A DNA stretch of 64,000 bases. Source: a virus. The stretch is from the UHGV virus genome UHGV-0132893; one strand, written 5' to 3'. A program made the translations under genes and the position numbers. Of the stretch, positions 45,093 to 52,563 are shown in pieces (the stretch's first letter is position 1; each line of letters starts with the position of its first letter). The notes beneath the pieces are model-generated. The model was not told the DNA's origin. It was given only the letters and a program-made list of their open reading frames with translations, and ran no database searches.

Positions 45093-46709
45093 TCAACGTC
45101 TAAGCCCCTCATATGGGTTTCCTCTCACTAAGTCTGTGTGAGCACCCATTGATGGTGGCTTGAATAATTTAACTTCGTTAAGACTGTTGAAAGCATCACT
45201 GGTAGCATCCACTTGGTCATCTTTAGTTTTACCATCACCACAAAAGCCTTCAAGCTCTTGAAAATAAGCTTCATTCCAACTACCTCTCAAGACTTTTACA
45301 AGTCCGGCTTCAGAAGCAGCAGAAAACCCCGCAAATCGGGTAACTTTATCTTTATTTGTTGGTTTAGCTCTTGCACGATAACCTTTCTCGGCAAGTTTCC
45401 TGATGAGGGATGTTGCGTAGGATTTACCAGCAGCGCCTGGGTCTTGAGGGATAAAAATACCAGTTCGCTTACCGTCACTTTCAGCAGTCAAATTAATTTG
45501 TGTTTCGACTCCAGAGGGTCTATCTCTAAATCTTACTACATCAATGATATAATAGCAACCGTCTTTTTTAGATTTACCCATCTTAACACCTGCTGTCCAG
45601 TCTGGGTTAGGGTTAATCTCAGATGGTAAAGTTGCTGCTAAGTCCCATGCTCTGACATCGAATACATCTTCTGGGAGTGAATCAACAATTTCACACCATT
45701 GTCTTTGCCAATAGTTTGAACCTTCTGCACGAGCCTTCCAGTTACCGAAACGAAGTCTTGCAACGTTTACAGGGGTGTTGTTTTCCAACTTACCACGATA
45801 TTTAGGTTCTAAGAAGTCAAGAATTGGGTTATCATCAATCGTACCAGAGATGAATGTATATGTTTGAGGAATCTCAAGAGGAAACATTTCAAGAATCTTG
45901 TCTCTCTCCCAATCAGAAACCATCACACCATCGTTCATTACATACCAACGAATACGACCACACTTTTCAGGGTCTGGATAACCTTCTTCATCTAAGAATG
46001 GCTCTACCCAATCGTAAATAAAGTGGTCTCTGTCTGGGTTCATAGAAATCTTCATGTATGAATCACCTTCAGCACCAGAACGTAGACGGGTTTGTAGGTA
46101 TGAAATCTGTGAAGCAGAGAAGTGTGTACCTTCGTCAAAGTAAATAGCTGAGTATTCAATACCCTGATGACCTTCAGCGTGCTTTTCAAGTTCTAGGTAG
46201 GTAAACTTGATAGTTGCCCCAGAAGGGAATGTGATAGTCATTTTCTGCTCGTGAGGAATCCCACCAAACTTACCAAATAGTTTCTTTGCAGCAGGCCATA
46301 AACCACCTTGTAGCTGTGTTGTATTTCGACGGAAATATACAGCATTATAGTTAGGGTCTTCAATAAATCTTAAAGAGTCCATTAACAATGCAGCAGTTTT
46401 ACCAGCACCAGCAGCACCACCATAAAGAACCAAGTCAGCATTAGTGTTTAAAAAGACCTCTTGAGAACCCGGCTGAGGGGCTACATAATTCTTATCAGTC
46501 ATCAATTTAAAGATAAGGCGAACTTGGTCTGGTGTGTATCTTAATAAAGTCAGAATTTGAGTTGGAAGGAATTTAGAGGGGTCTTTACCGAATGATTTGA
46601 TAATTTCTTTTACTTCATCAGAAAGCCCCAACTCTCCAGCTAGGACTTTCCTAACATCTTCCACTCGCTTCTGCTTAACAGCATTTAAGTCCATTAAGCG
46701 CCTCCGCAA
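45093..46709 (-). CDS. terminase large subunit
   Basis: Walker A LYGGAAGAGKTAAL; C-terminal nuclease-like acidic residues; 538 aa. Confidence 0.8.
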   Translation of the reverse strand: MRRRLMDLNAVKQKRVEDVRKVLAGELGLSDEVKEIIKSFGKDPSKFLPTQILTLLRYTPDQVRLIFKLMTDKNYVAPQPGSQEVFLNTNADLVLYGGAAGAGKTAALLMDSLRFIEDPNYNAVYFRRNTTQLQGGLWPAAKKLFGKFGGIPHEQKMTITFPSGATIKFTYLELEKHAEGHQGIEYSAIYFDEGTHFSASQISYLQTRLRSGAEGDSYMKISMNPDRDHFIYDWVEPFLDEEGYPDPEKCGRIRWYVMNDGVMVSDWERDKILEMFPLEIPQTYTFISGTIDDNPILDFLEPKYRGKLENNTPVNVARLRFGNWKARAEGSNYWQRQWCEIVDSLPEDVFDVRAWDLAATLPSEINPNPDWTAGVKMGKSKKDGCYYIIDVVRFRDRPSGVETQINLTAESDGKRTGIFIPQDPGAAGKSYATSLIRKLAEKGYRARAKPTNKDKVTRFAGFSAASEAGLVKVLRGSWNEAYFQELEGFCGDGKTKDDQVDATSDAFNSLNEVKLFKPPSMGAHTDLVRGNPYEGLRR

Positions 46710-46715
46710 ATAGAA

Positions 46716-46916
46716 TTATTCAGAGTCTGTAGCAGTCTCTTCTTTCTTAACTTCGAACTTTGCATCAACAGCATCAAGAAGTGCATCCATAGATGCTTCT
46801 TTAATATCAATACCTGTTGCTACAGATAATCTGTCTGCAATTGCCATGATAGTATTCTGCATAAATTCTAGCTTCTTATTAGCTTCATAAAGTTCTTTAT
46901 AAACGGTCTCGCTCAT
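46716..46916 (-). CDS. hypothetical small protein upstream of terminase
   Basis: 66 aa; too small for a typical small terminase. Confidence 0.4.
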   Translation of the reverse strand: MSETVYKELYEANKKLEFMQNTIMAIADRLSVATGIDIKEASMDALLDAVDAKFEVKKEETATDSE

Positions 46917-46951
46917 TATGTTTTCTCCAAATAGTTAACCATGTTTCCCCT

Positions 46952-46977
46952 TAAAAAAGACGGTACAGAGACCGTCA
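46952..46977 (-). terminator. rho-independent terminator separating tRNA array from late operon
   Basis: gacggt-ctctgt-accgtc hairpin followed by TTTTTT on minus strand. Confidence 0.5.
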
Positions 46978-47144
46978 AGGAGAAACCACAATGTACGTCA
47001 GAGACATACTGTATAAGACTTCTTATAAAGTATAACTCTGTAAAAAAGCCCTGTCTAAAAATACTCTTCGGTAGCGAAAGGAAGAATACTTATAGCAGGG
47101 CATTATTATTATTTTAATTGAGAGAGAGAGAGAGTAAAATAACT

Positions 47145-47220
47145 TGGAGAATCCGAAGGGACTCGAACCCTTATAAACCTGTTTTGCAGACAGGCACATA
47201 GCCATTTCTGTCACGGATTC
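47145..47220 (-). tRNA. tRNA-Cys (GCA)
   Basis: TGG (CCA) start on plus strand, T-arm aaggg-actcgaa-ccctt, anticodon arm cctgt-tttgcag-acagg. Confidence 0.6.
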
Positions 47221-47224
47221 AAAT

Positions 47225-47317
47225 TGGAGGAAGATACCAGACTTGAACTGGTACACCGATTTCTCAGCTACTGGCAGTTTAGCAAACTGCTCCCTTACCT
47301 TTTAGGGTTAATCTTCC
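47225..47317 (-). tRNA. tRNA-Ser (GCU), long variable arm
   Basis: T-arm accag-acttgaa-ctggt; anticodon arm gcagt-ttagcaa-actgc; acceptor ggaagat/atcttcc. Confidence 0.6.
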
Positions 47318-47319
47318 AT

Positions 47320-48054
47320 TTATTTCTGTAATGCGTTCTTCATTTCTGGTGTTGCAATAGTGTCAATTACACCAGTTTTACAAGCATCATCAAACCAGTC
47401 TGGTAAGATACCTGCTAAGAACCCATTGATATTCGTTTTAAGGTACTCTGCAATAAGAGAAGCTTCTTCTTCAATCATCTGCACAACTTCATCTGCATAA
47501 GCTGTAATCTTTGAGATACCTTCATTAATCTTACTAACAGCTTGGTTAGCTAAATCAGAAATAGTATCAAGACCTTTGTCAATAGCGTCTTGTAAGTCAC
47601 TTAATACATCATTAACACCGTCTAGTGCACTGTTAATCGTATCAATAGCTTTTTGGCCATACTCTGTAGCAACACCCATAATACCACTAAATGGTGTACA
47701 ACCAACTTGTTCACCTGCTGCACCCATAACATTAGAATAGCCTTTTGCTACCTGCATACGTGATGAGAACTCATCAATGGACTTTTGACCGTAATCTGTC
47801 AGTGTTTTGGTAGTTGATGTAGTGCTTGTCAGACTCGTGGTAAAGCTGTTAAGCAGAACTGTTGTAAGTCCAGCAGCAACAAGCTTATCCTTTACTGTAG
47901 GGTCTGATACAGAGCTAATAGAGCTTACAAGTGATGTAGAGGCAGCTACGGTTCCACCGAGAACTGCTGCACCAGTAATAAGGGGGTTAGAAAACCCTTT
48001 ACCAGTTTTTAAGAGATTGAAAATCTCCTTACCTTGTTCTGTCATCTCTTTCAT
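47320..48054 (-). CDS. hypothetical protein (Ser/Thr-rich N-terminus, helical C-terminus)
   Basis: ORF track 47320..48117 overlaps a tRNA; start moved to internal Met at 48054. Confidence 0.45.
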   Translation of the reverse strand: MKEMTEQGKEIFNLLKTGKGFSNPLITGAAVLGGTVAASTSLVSSISSVSDPTVKDKLVAAGLTTVLLNSFTTSLTSTTSTTKTLTDYGQKSIDEFSSRMQVAKGYSNVMGAAGEQVGCTPFSGIMGVATEYGQKAIDTINSALDGVNDVLSDLQDAIDKGLDTISDLANQAVSKINEGISKITAYADEVVQMIEEEASLIAEYLKTNINGFLAGILPDWFDDACKTGVIDTIATPEMKNALQK

Positions 48055-48070
48055 TAAGCACCTTTGAAAT

Positions 48071-48147
48071 TGGTAGTCCAGTGGGATTTGAACCCTCTTC
48101 TCATGTTTTTCAGACACGCGCTTTAACCATATAAGCTACTTGGACTA
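48071..48147 (-). tRNA. tRNA, tentatively Phe (GAA)
   Basis: T-loop atttgaa, acceptor tagtcca/tggacta; anticodon loop ttttcag with 4/5-bp stem. Confidence 0.5.
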
Positions 48148-48152
48148 TAAAT

Positions 48153-48228
48153 TGGGGTGACCTACGGGATTTGAACCCGTATAGACCATGTTCACAGCAT
48201 GGGTCATTACCATTTATGATAAGGCCAC
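48153..48228 (-). tRNA. tRNA-His (GUG)
   Basis: T-arm acggg-atttgaa-cccgt; anticodon arm ccatg-ttcacag-catgg. Confidence 0.6.
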
Positions 48229-48259
48229 ATTTAAGGACTCTCGTAAGAATCCTTAGAAG

Positions 48260-48335
48260 TGGCAGCGGCATAAGGATTTGAACCTTAATAGGACAGCTTC
48301 AGAGACTGCTGCATTGCCAGTTATGCTATACCGCT
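48260..48335 (-). tRNA. tRNA, anticodon not resolved
   Basis: T-arm taagg-atttgaa-cctta, D-stem gcat/atgc, acceptor agcggca/(t)accgct. Confidence 0.5.
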
Positions 48336-48340
48336 AAATT

Positions 48341-48418
48341 TGGTACTCCATATCGGATTCGAACCGATACATAACACAGATTTTAAGTCTGGCCTCTCTG
48401 CCAATTGGAGTAATGGAG
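48341..48418 (-). tRNA. tRNA, anticodon tentative (loop reads UAA but no long variable arm)
   Basis: T-arm atcgg-attcgaa-ccgat; loop caga-ttttaag-tctg. Confidence 0.45.
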
Positions 48419-48421
48419 CAT

Positions 48422-48497
48422 TGGCGGGGGATGTTGGAATTGAACCAACTTCTTCGATTTCAAAGACCGAGGTTTTAACCTTGTAAACTAATCCCCT
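48422..48497 (-). tRNA. tRNA-Gln (UUG)
   Basis: T-arm gttgg-aattgaa-ccaac; anticodon loop ttcaaag; acceptor gggggat/atcccct. Confidence 0.55.
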
Positions 48498-48505
48498 TTA
48501 AATCT

Positions 48506-49063
48506 TTACTTTCTTAGTGGATGAATAAAGAATGCCAACATAACTCTTTCCCTTGAGAATGCTCTTTCTTTTGGAACAACACTTTTGAGTTTCCATCCAA
48601 CATAAATTCTCCAGTAGAATTGTTTACCAAAGATTTTAATTGATGGAATAAAAGCGAATAATCCCCAAGCATTACTGTTCCACATTAGGAGATAACCAGT
48701 CTGATTATCTTCAGGGTTAGAACTTACGTTGATATTACCTTTCCACTTAGTAACATCTTTTACATCTCTTCCTAACACATGGTAAGAGAAGTTATAAGCT
48801 TTGTTTCTCCAGAGCCATCCAACTCTCTGCATGTAGACACCAAGCTTACCAATCTTTCTAATCTTAGCCCATCGTTTGATATGACCTGCATCACCATCAA
48901 TTGGGTTGTCATAAGTCTCCATCCATCTGAACCCGAAAGGTAAGTGTCCTTTCTTCTCACTGTAGAATGGAACTACAAAAGGTGCTAAGATAACTGCTAA
49001 GATTGCTGCAAATGGTTCTAACAAAGCTAAGAAAATCCATGAAGCATACTTTAAGTATCTCAT
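48506..49063 (-). CDS. membrane protein embedded in tRNA array
   Basis: 185 aa; N-terminal hydrophobic helix WIFLALLEPFAAILAVILAPFVVPF. Confidence 0.45.
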   Translation of the reverse strand: MRYLKYASWIFLALLEPFAAILAVILAPFVVPFYSEKKGHLPFGFRWMETYDNPIDGDAGHIKRWAKIRKIGKLGVYMQRVGWLWRNKAYNFSYHVLGRDVKDVTKWKGNINVSSNPEDNQTGYLLMWNSNAWGLFAFIPSIKIFGKQFYWRIYVGWKLKSVVPKERAFSRERVMLAFFIHPLRK

Positions 49064-49302
49064 TGTCTAATCCTCGTAAGGAGGTAAATGTTATTATTCG
49101 TTTCTAAACCTTCTGGTAAAACTGTCTCAAAAATAACACTCTTCAGATGTCTACCACCAAAACAATCACGTATAAATCTTTCTACTCTAGCGGGGTCACA
49201 TAAGTATCCCACTTTTAAGAAAATGTGGTGTTCAACACCAATGACCCTGACAAACTCAATACTCTCACAGTTTTCATGTTCAACTACTGTTAATGTTTGC
49301 AT
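49060..49302 (-). CDS. hypothetical protein embedded in tRNA array
   Basis: 80-aa ORF coupled to downstream ORF. Confidence 0.4.
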   Translation of the reverse strand: MQTLTVVEHENCESIEFVRVIGVEHHIFLKVGYLCDPARVERFIRDCFGGRHLKSVIFETVLPEGLETNNNIYLLTRIRQ

Positions 49303-49319
49303 AGTATCACCTGTTTATC

Positions 49320-49395
49320 TGGCGCAGGATAAGGGATTCGAACCCCTATTAACAGCTTCGTAGACTGTTGCTCTTTCCATTTGAACTAATCCTGC
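49320..49395 (-). tRNA. tRNA-Arg (ACG)
   Basis: T-loop attcgaa; anticodon loop ttcgtag; acceptor gcaggat/atcctgc. Confidence 0.55.
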
Positions 49396-49401
49396 AAAAA
49401 T

Positions 49402-49480
49402 TGGTGTTCCAAGACGGATTCGAACCGTCACTAATACAAGGTTTGAGCTTGCATCCTCTGCCAATTGGGATACTGGAACA
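49402..49480 (-). tRNA. tRNA, anticodon tentative (loop reads CAA)
   Basis: T-arm gacgg-attcgaa-ccgtc; D-stem atcc/ggat; loop caag-gtttgag-cttg. Confidence 0.45.
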
Positions 49481-49555
49481 TGGTACTCACTAAAGGACTT
49501 GAACCTTTTTCTTCATCTTGTAAGGGTGATGTTTTACCATATAAACTAAGCGAGT
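49481..49555 (-). tRNA. tRNA-Val (UAC)
   Basis: T-arm aaagg-acttgaa-ccttt; anticodon arm tcatc-ttgtaag-ggtga. Confidence 0.6.
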
Positions 49556-49650
49556 ATGAAAGAGGTCTGGAGTTGTGCCGCTAACTCAACTCCGTGGTAT
49601 TTGTTACGGTCTTCAGTTGACTCAAAGCGGTCTTTCACTTGACCTCTTAA
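49556..49650 (-). ncRNA. tRNA-like / structured element lacking canonical T-loop
   Basis: 8-bp terminal complement aagaggtc...gacctctt and 7-bp internal stem ggagttg/caactcc; no GTTCGAAT-type T-loop. Confidence 0.3.
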
Positions 49651-49651
49651 T

Positions 49652-49727
49652 TGGTGCTCCCACAAGGACTCGAACCCTGATAAGTTGCTTACAAGGCAAC
49701 CGTAATAACCAATTATACGATAGGAGC
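49652..49727 (-). tRNA. tRNA-Thr (UGU)
   Basis: T-loop actcgaa; anticodon arm gttgc-ttacaag-gcaac. Confidence 0.6.
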
Positions 49728-49734
49728 ATTAATT

Positions 49735-49809
49735 TGGAGCATCCAGAGGGAATCGAACCCTCAACCTCAGTTTGGAAGACTGTAATTTTCCCGTTTAAAC
49801 TATGGATGC
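49735..49809 (-). tRNA. tRNA-Gly (UCC)
   Basis: T-arm gaggg-aatcgaa-ccctc; anticodon loop ttggaag; acceptor gcatcca/tggatgc. Confidence 0.55.
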
Positions 49810-49815
49810 ACTAAT

Positions 49816-49891
49816 TGGTGGAGTCACCGAGAATTGAACTCGGTTCCCAAGTTTGCAAAACTCGAGTTTTAACCATATAAACTATGACCCC
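49816..49891 (-). tRNA. tRNA-Ala (UGC)
   Basis: T-arm ccgag-aattgaa-ctcgg; anticodon loop ttgcaaa. Confidence 0.55.
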
Positions 49892-49897
49892 ATTGTT

Positions 49898-49973
49898 TGG
49901 TACAGGTGGAGGGAATTGAACCCATCGTCTTACTGATTAAGAGTCAGCCGCATAACCATTTTGCTACACCTGC
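49898..49973 (-). tRNA. tRNA-Lys (CUU), paralog of 51228..51303
   Basis: T-loop aattgaa; anticodon loop ctga-ttaagag-tcag; near-identical acceptor/T regions to Lys(UUU) copy. Confidence 0.5.
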
Positions 49974-49980
49974 ATTAATT

Positions 49981-50058
49981 TGGTAGGAGACAAGGGATTC
50001 GAACCCTCAAACACCAACTTCTAAGGATGGTAGGTTTACCAATTACCATCAATCTCCC
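49981..50058 (-). tRNA. tRNA, anticodon tentative (loop reads UAG)
   Basis: T-arm aaggg-attcgaa-ccctc; loop ccaac-ttctaag-gatgg. Confidence 0.45.
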
Positions 50059-50316
50059 ATTAAATCTTTTTAGAGAACTTCTAAGAACCTAAGCAACAAG
50101 GTTCCACAACAAGCTGTAATAACCTTAGAAGCCCTCTAAAAAGACCTAAAAAGGTCTTTGCATAGTCTTGTTTAATCCGGTGACTAGAACCTTTGGAGAG
50201 CTTGATATTATCTCTTCTCCGTGACACCTACTAGGTGTTTTATCAGTGTGTACGACAATACACGAGGGATACCAAAGCAACATCCGAATGAAGCTTGGCT
50301 TTAAAATCTTATTAGG

Positions 50317-50404
50317 CGGTAAGTAAAGGAGTCGAACCCTCACCGTATCTCTACAGTGGCAACTGTTTTCAAGACAGTTTGGCTACCATTAGCCGCTACC
50401 TACC
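50317..50404 (-). tRNA. tRNA-Ser (UGA), long variable arm, CCA apparently not encoded
   Basis: anticodon arm aactg-tttcaag-acagt; ~20-nt variable region; weak T-stem. Confidence 0.45.
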
Positions 50405-50417
50405 CCTAATAAGACTT

Positions 50418-50500
50418 TGGCATGGGACGGAGGAGTTGAACCCCTTTGAAACGGTTTTGGAGGCCGTTGCTCATGCCTTAGAGTCTTAACATCGTCCCAT
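50418..50500 (-). tRNA. tRNA-Trp (CCA), unusually long D region
   Basis: T-loop agttgaa; anticodon arm acggt-tttggag-gccgt; acceptor atgggac/gtcccat. Confidence 0.5.
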
Positions 50501-50643
50501 ACTATAATTCGAAGCTTACCGTATTATCTCAACACTGTAAAGCCCCTTCTCAGATTATTTACATGTTCTGGAAAACATGAGATACAGACCACCTCCCTAC
50601 AGGAAGACCCTCTAAGGTCGTCTAAGTAATCTGCTAACTAAAT

Positions 50644-50720
50644 TGGCACACCCTACAGGATTCGAACCTGTAACTAACGATTTAGAAGACCGTTGCTCTA
50701 TCCAATTGAACTAAGGGTGC
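50644..50720 (-). tRNA. tRNA-Arg (UCU)
   Basis: T-arm acagg-attcgaa-cctgt; anticodon loop ttagaag. Confidence 0.55.
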
Positions 50721-50995
50721 ATTAACATTTTAAAGGGTACTTATTGCATTTAAGCCAAGCCCCATAAGGGATACCCTTTAGAATGTTGCCCACCTTATTA
50801 ATCATACCGTGGGCGAGTACGCCAAATTCTTTGATGAGGGATTGGAAGACCTCACTGGTGTTTAGCCTATCAAGCTACTGCCAGAAAAACATTGTCGTTT
50901 GCATTTATTTTAAATTTGCAAAATAGACGCTACGCAACGAAAACTAAGGTTACTATAAAGTAGTCACATCTCAATGTCAACAACTTTATTGAAAT

Positions 50996-51071
50996 TGGTA
51001 CTGGTAGGTGGAATCGAACCACCGATGTTCCCTTATCAGGGGAGTGTTATAACCTTCTTAACTATACCAGC
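50996..51071 (-). tRNA. tRNA-Ile (GAU)
   Basis: T-arm ggtgg-aatcgaa-ccacc; anticodon arm ttccc-ttatcag-gggag. Confidence 0.6.
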
Positions 51072-51072
51072 T

Positions 51073-51149
51073 TGGAGGTTCAGATGGGAATCGAACCCAC
51101 ATTCATAGGGCTTATGAGACCCTTGCATTACCTTATCTGCGACTGAACC
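51073..51149 (-). tRNA. tRNA-Met (CAU)
   Basis: T-loop aatcgaa; anticodon loop ttatgag; acceptor ggttcag/ctgaacc. Confidence 0.55.
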
Positions 51150-51227
51150 AGAATAAGTACCCTAGTTAGAGAAACTGTTGAGTGGGTGTTTCCAGCCGCG
51201 CAGGTGTTTCTCAGTTAAGGGTGAATT

Positions 51228-51303
51228 TGGTAGAAGTGGAGGGATTCGAACCCATCGCCTGTCAGATTAAAAGTCTGCCGCATCACCATTCTGCTACACT
51301 TCC
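51228..51303 (-). tRNA. tRNA-Lys (UUU)
   Basis: T-loop attcgaa; anticodon loop caga-ttaaaag-tctg. Confidence 0.55.
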
Positions 51304-51306
51304 ATT

Positions 51307-51449
51307 AAATTATCTTTGTAGATAAGCTACCCAGACTTGCTTAAGGTCTGTAGCGATGTGCCTTTTGGGTTTAAATCTAGAATTTACCCTTCACCCTTTG
51401 TGGTCGCATACTCACAGGTAAGCTTAATAACTTATCTACAAAGATAATT
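51307..51449. repeat. 19-bp perfect inverted repeat (aattatctttgtagataag / cttatctacaaagataatt) flanking 105 bp
   Basis: exact reverse complements at 51307-51325 and 51431-51449. Confidence 0.7.
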
Positions 51450-51730
51450 ACCAGACCGTTGTTTATCATCTTAAGTGCTACCATTACACCAACTCGACAT
51501 CTGCCGAGTGAAGGAATCGAACCTTCGCCTTTTCTTTACCGGAGAAATAGATTGTTTAAGTTTTGCTGTAAACGGTCTTCTGTAAATTTGTTGAGCCAGA
51601 CCAAGTTTTAAATTTTCAAAATTAAATTGGCTTGAAATTTCATACATTCTTGCTGTATTTGGTCTTCTGCTCCTTTAAAGAATACTCGTAAGAACTCTTT
51701 AAGGGAGGAGCTAAATAGCCCTCTCAAAAT

Positions 51731-51807
51731 TGGCGGCTACGATGAGACTTGAACTCACATCATCTCCCGTGACAGGGGAGTATTTTCTCCAGTTAAACTA
51801 CATAGCC
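51731..51807 (-). tRNA. tRNA-Asp (GUC)
   Basis: T-loop acttgaa; anticodon arm ctccc-gtgacag-gggag. Confidence 0.6.
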
Positions 51808-51812
51808 TTTAT

Positions 51813-51901
51813 TGGTGTGCCGTGTAGGAGTCGAACCTACCGAGTCTCAATGACAAGGGATTTACAGTCCCCACCGCTACCATCTACGGGATAACGACAC
51901 A
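51813..51901 (-). tRNA. tRNA-Tyr (GUA), long variable arm
   Basis: T-arm gtagg-agtcgaa-cctac; anticodon loop ggga-tttacag-tccc; ~15-nt variable arm. Confidence 0.6.
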
Positions 51902-51908
51902 TTTAATT

Positions 51909-51985
51909 TGGCGGTTAGTCAGGGATTCGAACCCTGTGCCATTCGCTTAACAGGCGACCGCACATACCTTATGTGCTTCCTAACC
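51909..51985 (-). tRNA. tRNA-Asn (GUU)
   Basis: T-arm caggg-attcgaa-ccctg; anticodon loop ttaacag. Confidence 0.55.
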
Positions 51986-52068
51986 ATGTTTAGTATTACC
52001 AGACCGTATCTTTCAATTTTTCCGCTAAAAATTTAATGAGTATTGCTGTAAACGGTCTTCTGTAAATT

Positions 52069-52145
52069 TGGAGGCGGGTGCAGGAGTCGAACCTGCCGAT
52101 ACCATGCTAATGAGACATGTGAGACGCCCTTTCTCTATACCCGCA
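52069..52145 (-). tRNA. tRNA with CAU anticodon (second copy: Met or Ile2)
   Basis: T-arm gcagg-agtcgaa-cctgc; D-stem gaga/tctc; anticodon loop taatgag. Confidence 0.55.
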
Positions 52146-52236
52146 ATTCTTAATGACCAGACCAAATCTCTTCTTTGTCCGATTTACCTTCAGATGAATA
52201 AGATTAAGTTTGCTGTAATTGGTCTTCTGTCAAAAC

Positions 52237-52314
52237 TGGCGTTCCAGAAGGGATTTGAACCCTCAAATATCCACTTTGAAAGAGTGGTGACTTTACCATT
52301 TTGTCCACTGGAAC
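52237..52314 (-). tRNA. tRNA-Glu (UUC)
   Basis: T-loop atttgaa; anticodon arm ccact-ttgaaag-agtgg; acceptor gttccag/ctggaac. Confidence 0.6.
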
Positions 52315-52321
52315 ATTAATT

Positions 52322-52398
52322 TGGTCTCTGTTGGAGGACTTGAACCTCCGGCCTTACCGCCCCAAACGGAACGCTCTACCAAGCTGAGCTAAACAGAG
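52322..52398 (-). tRNA. tRNA-Pro (UGG)
   Basis: T-arm ggagg-acttgaa-cctcc; anticodon loop ccccaaa; acceptor ctctgtt/aacagag. Confidence 0.6.
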
Positions 52399-52563
52399 AT
52401 AAACTTTTCAAACTCTATGTAACCACTTTAACATTATTTTTTAGTAGTTGTCAAGAACTTTTTTAAAATATTTTTCAGTATCTTAGAAAAGCTCTCATTT
52501 CGTTTCTATGTAGAACATATTAAAGGGTATTAAACACATTGTCAATACCCTTTTTAAAACTTT

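Noticed and set aside
47106-47126. (GA)8 dinucleotide microsatellite
   Set aside because: Short simple repeat next to the first tRNA; possible slippage hotspot but no evident function, so not listed as a finding.
47023-47256. 77-aa minus-strand ORF from the six-frame track
   Set aside because: Lies entirely over two tRNA genes (Cys and Ser) and a (GA)8 microsatellite; no SD; treated as spurious.
49575-49814. 79-aa plus-strand ORF
   Set aside because: Overlaps the tRNA-like element and tRNA-Thr/Gly antisense; no SD; spurious.
50146-50343. 65-aa minus-strand ORF in tRNA spacer
   Set aside because: Overlaps the start of tRNA-Ser(UGA), no SD, hairpin-rich sequence more consistent with ncRNA.
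51490-51540. Additional tRNA at 51.5 kb
   Set aside because: Has a good T-arm (gaagg-aatcgaa-ccttc) and acceptor 3' strand but no matching 5' acceptor strand or anticodon arm; probably a tRNA 3' fragment or pseudogene.
52068-52319. 83-aa plus-strand ORF
   Set aside because: Antisense to three minus-strand tRNA genes; amino-acid sequence mirrors tRNA structure; spurious.
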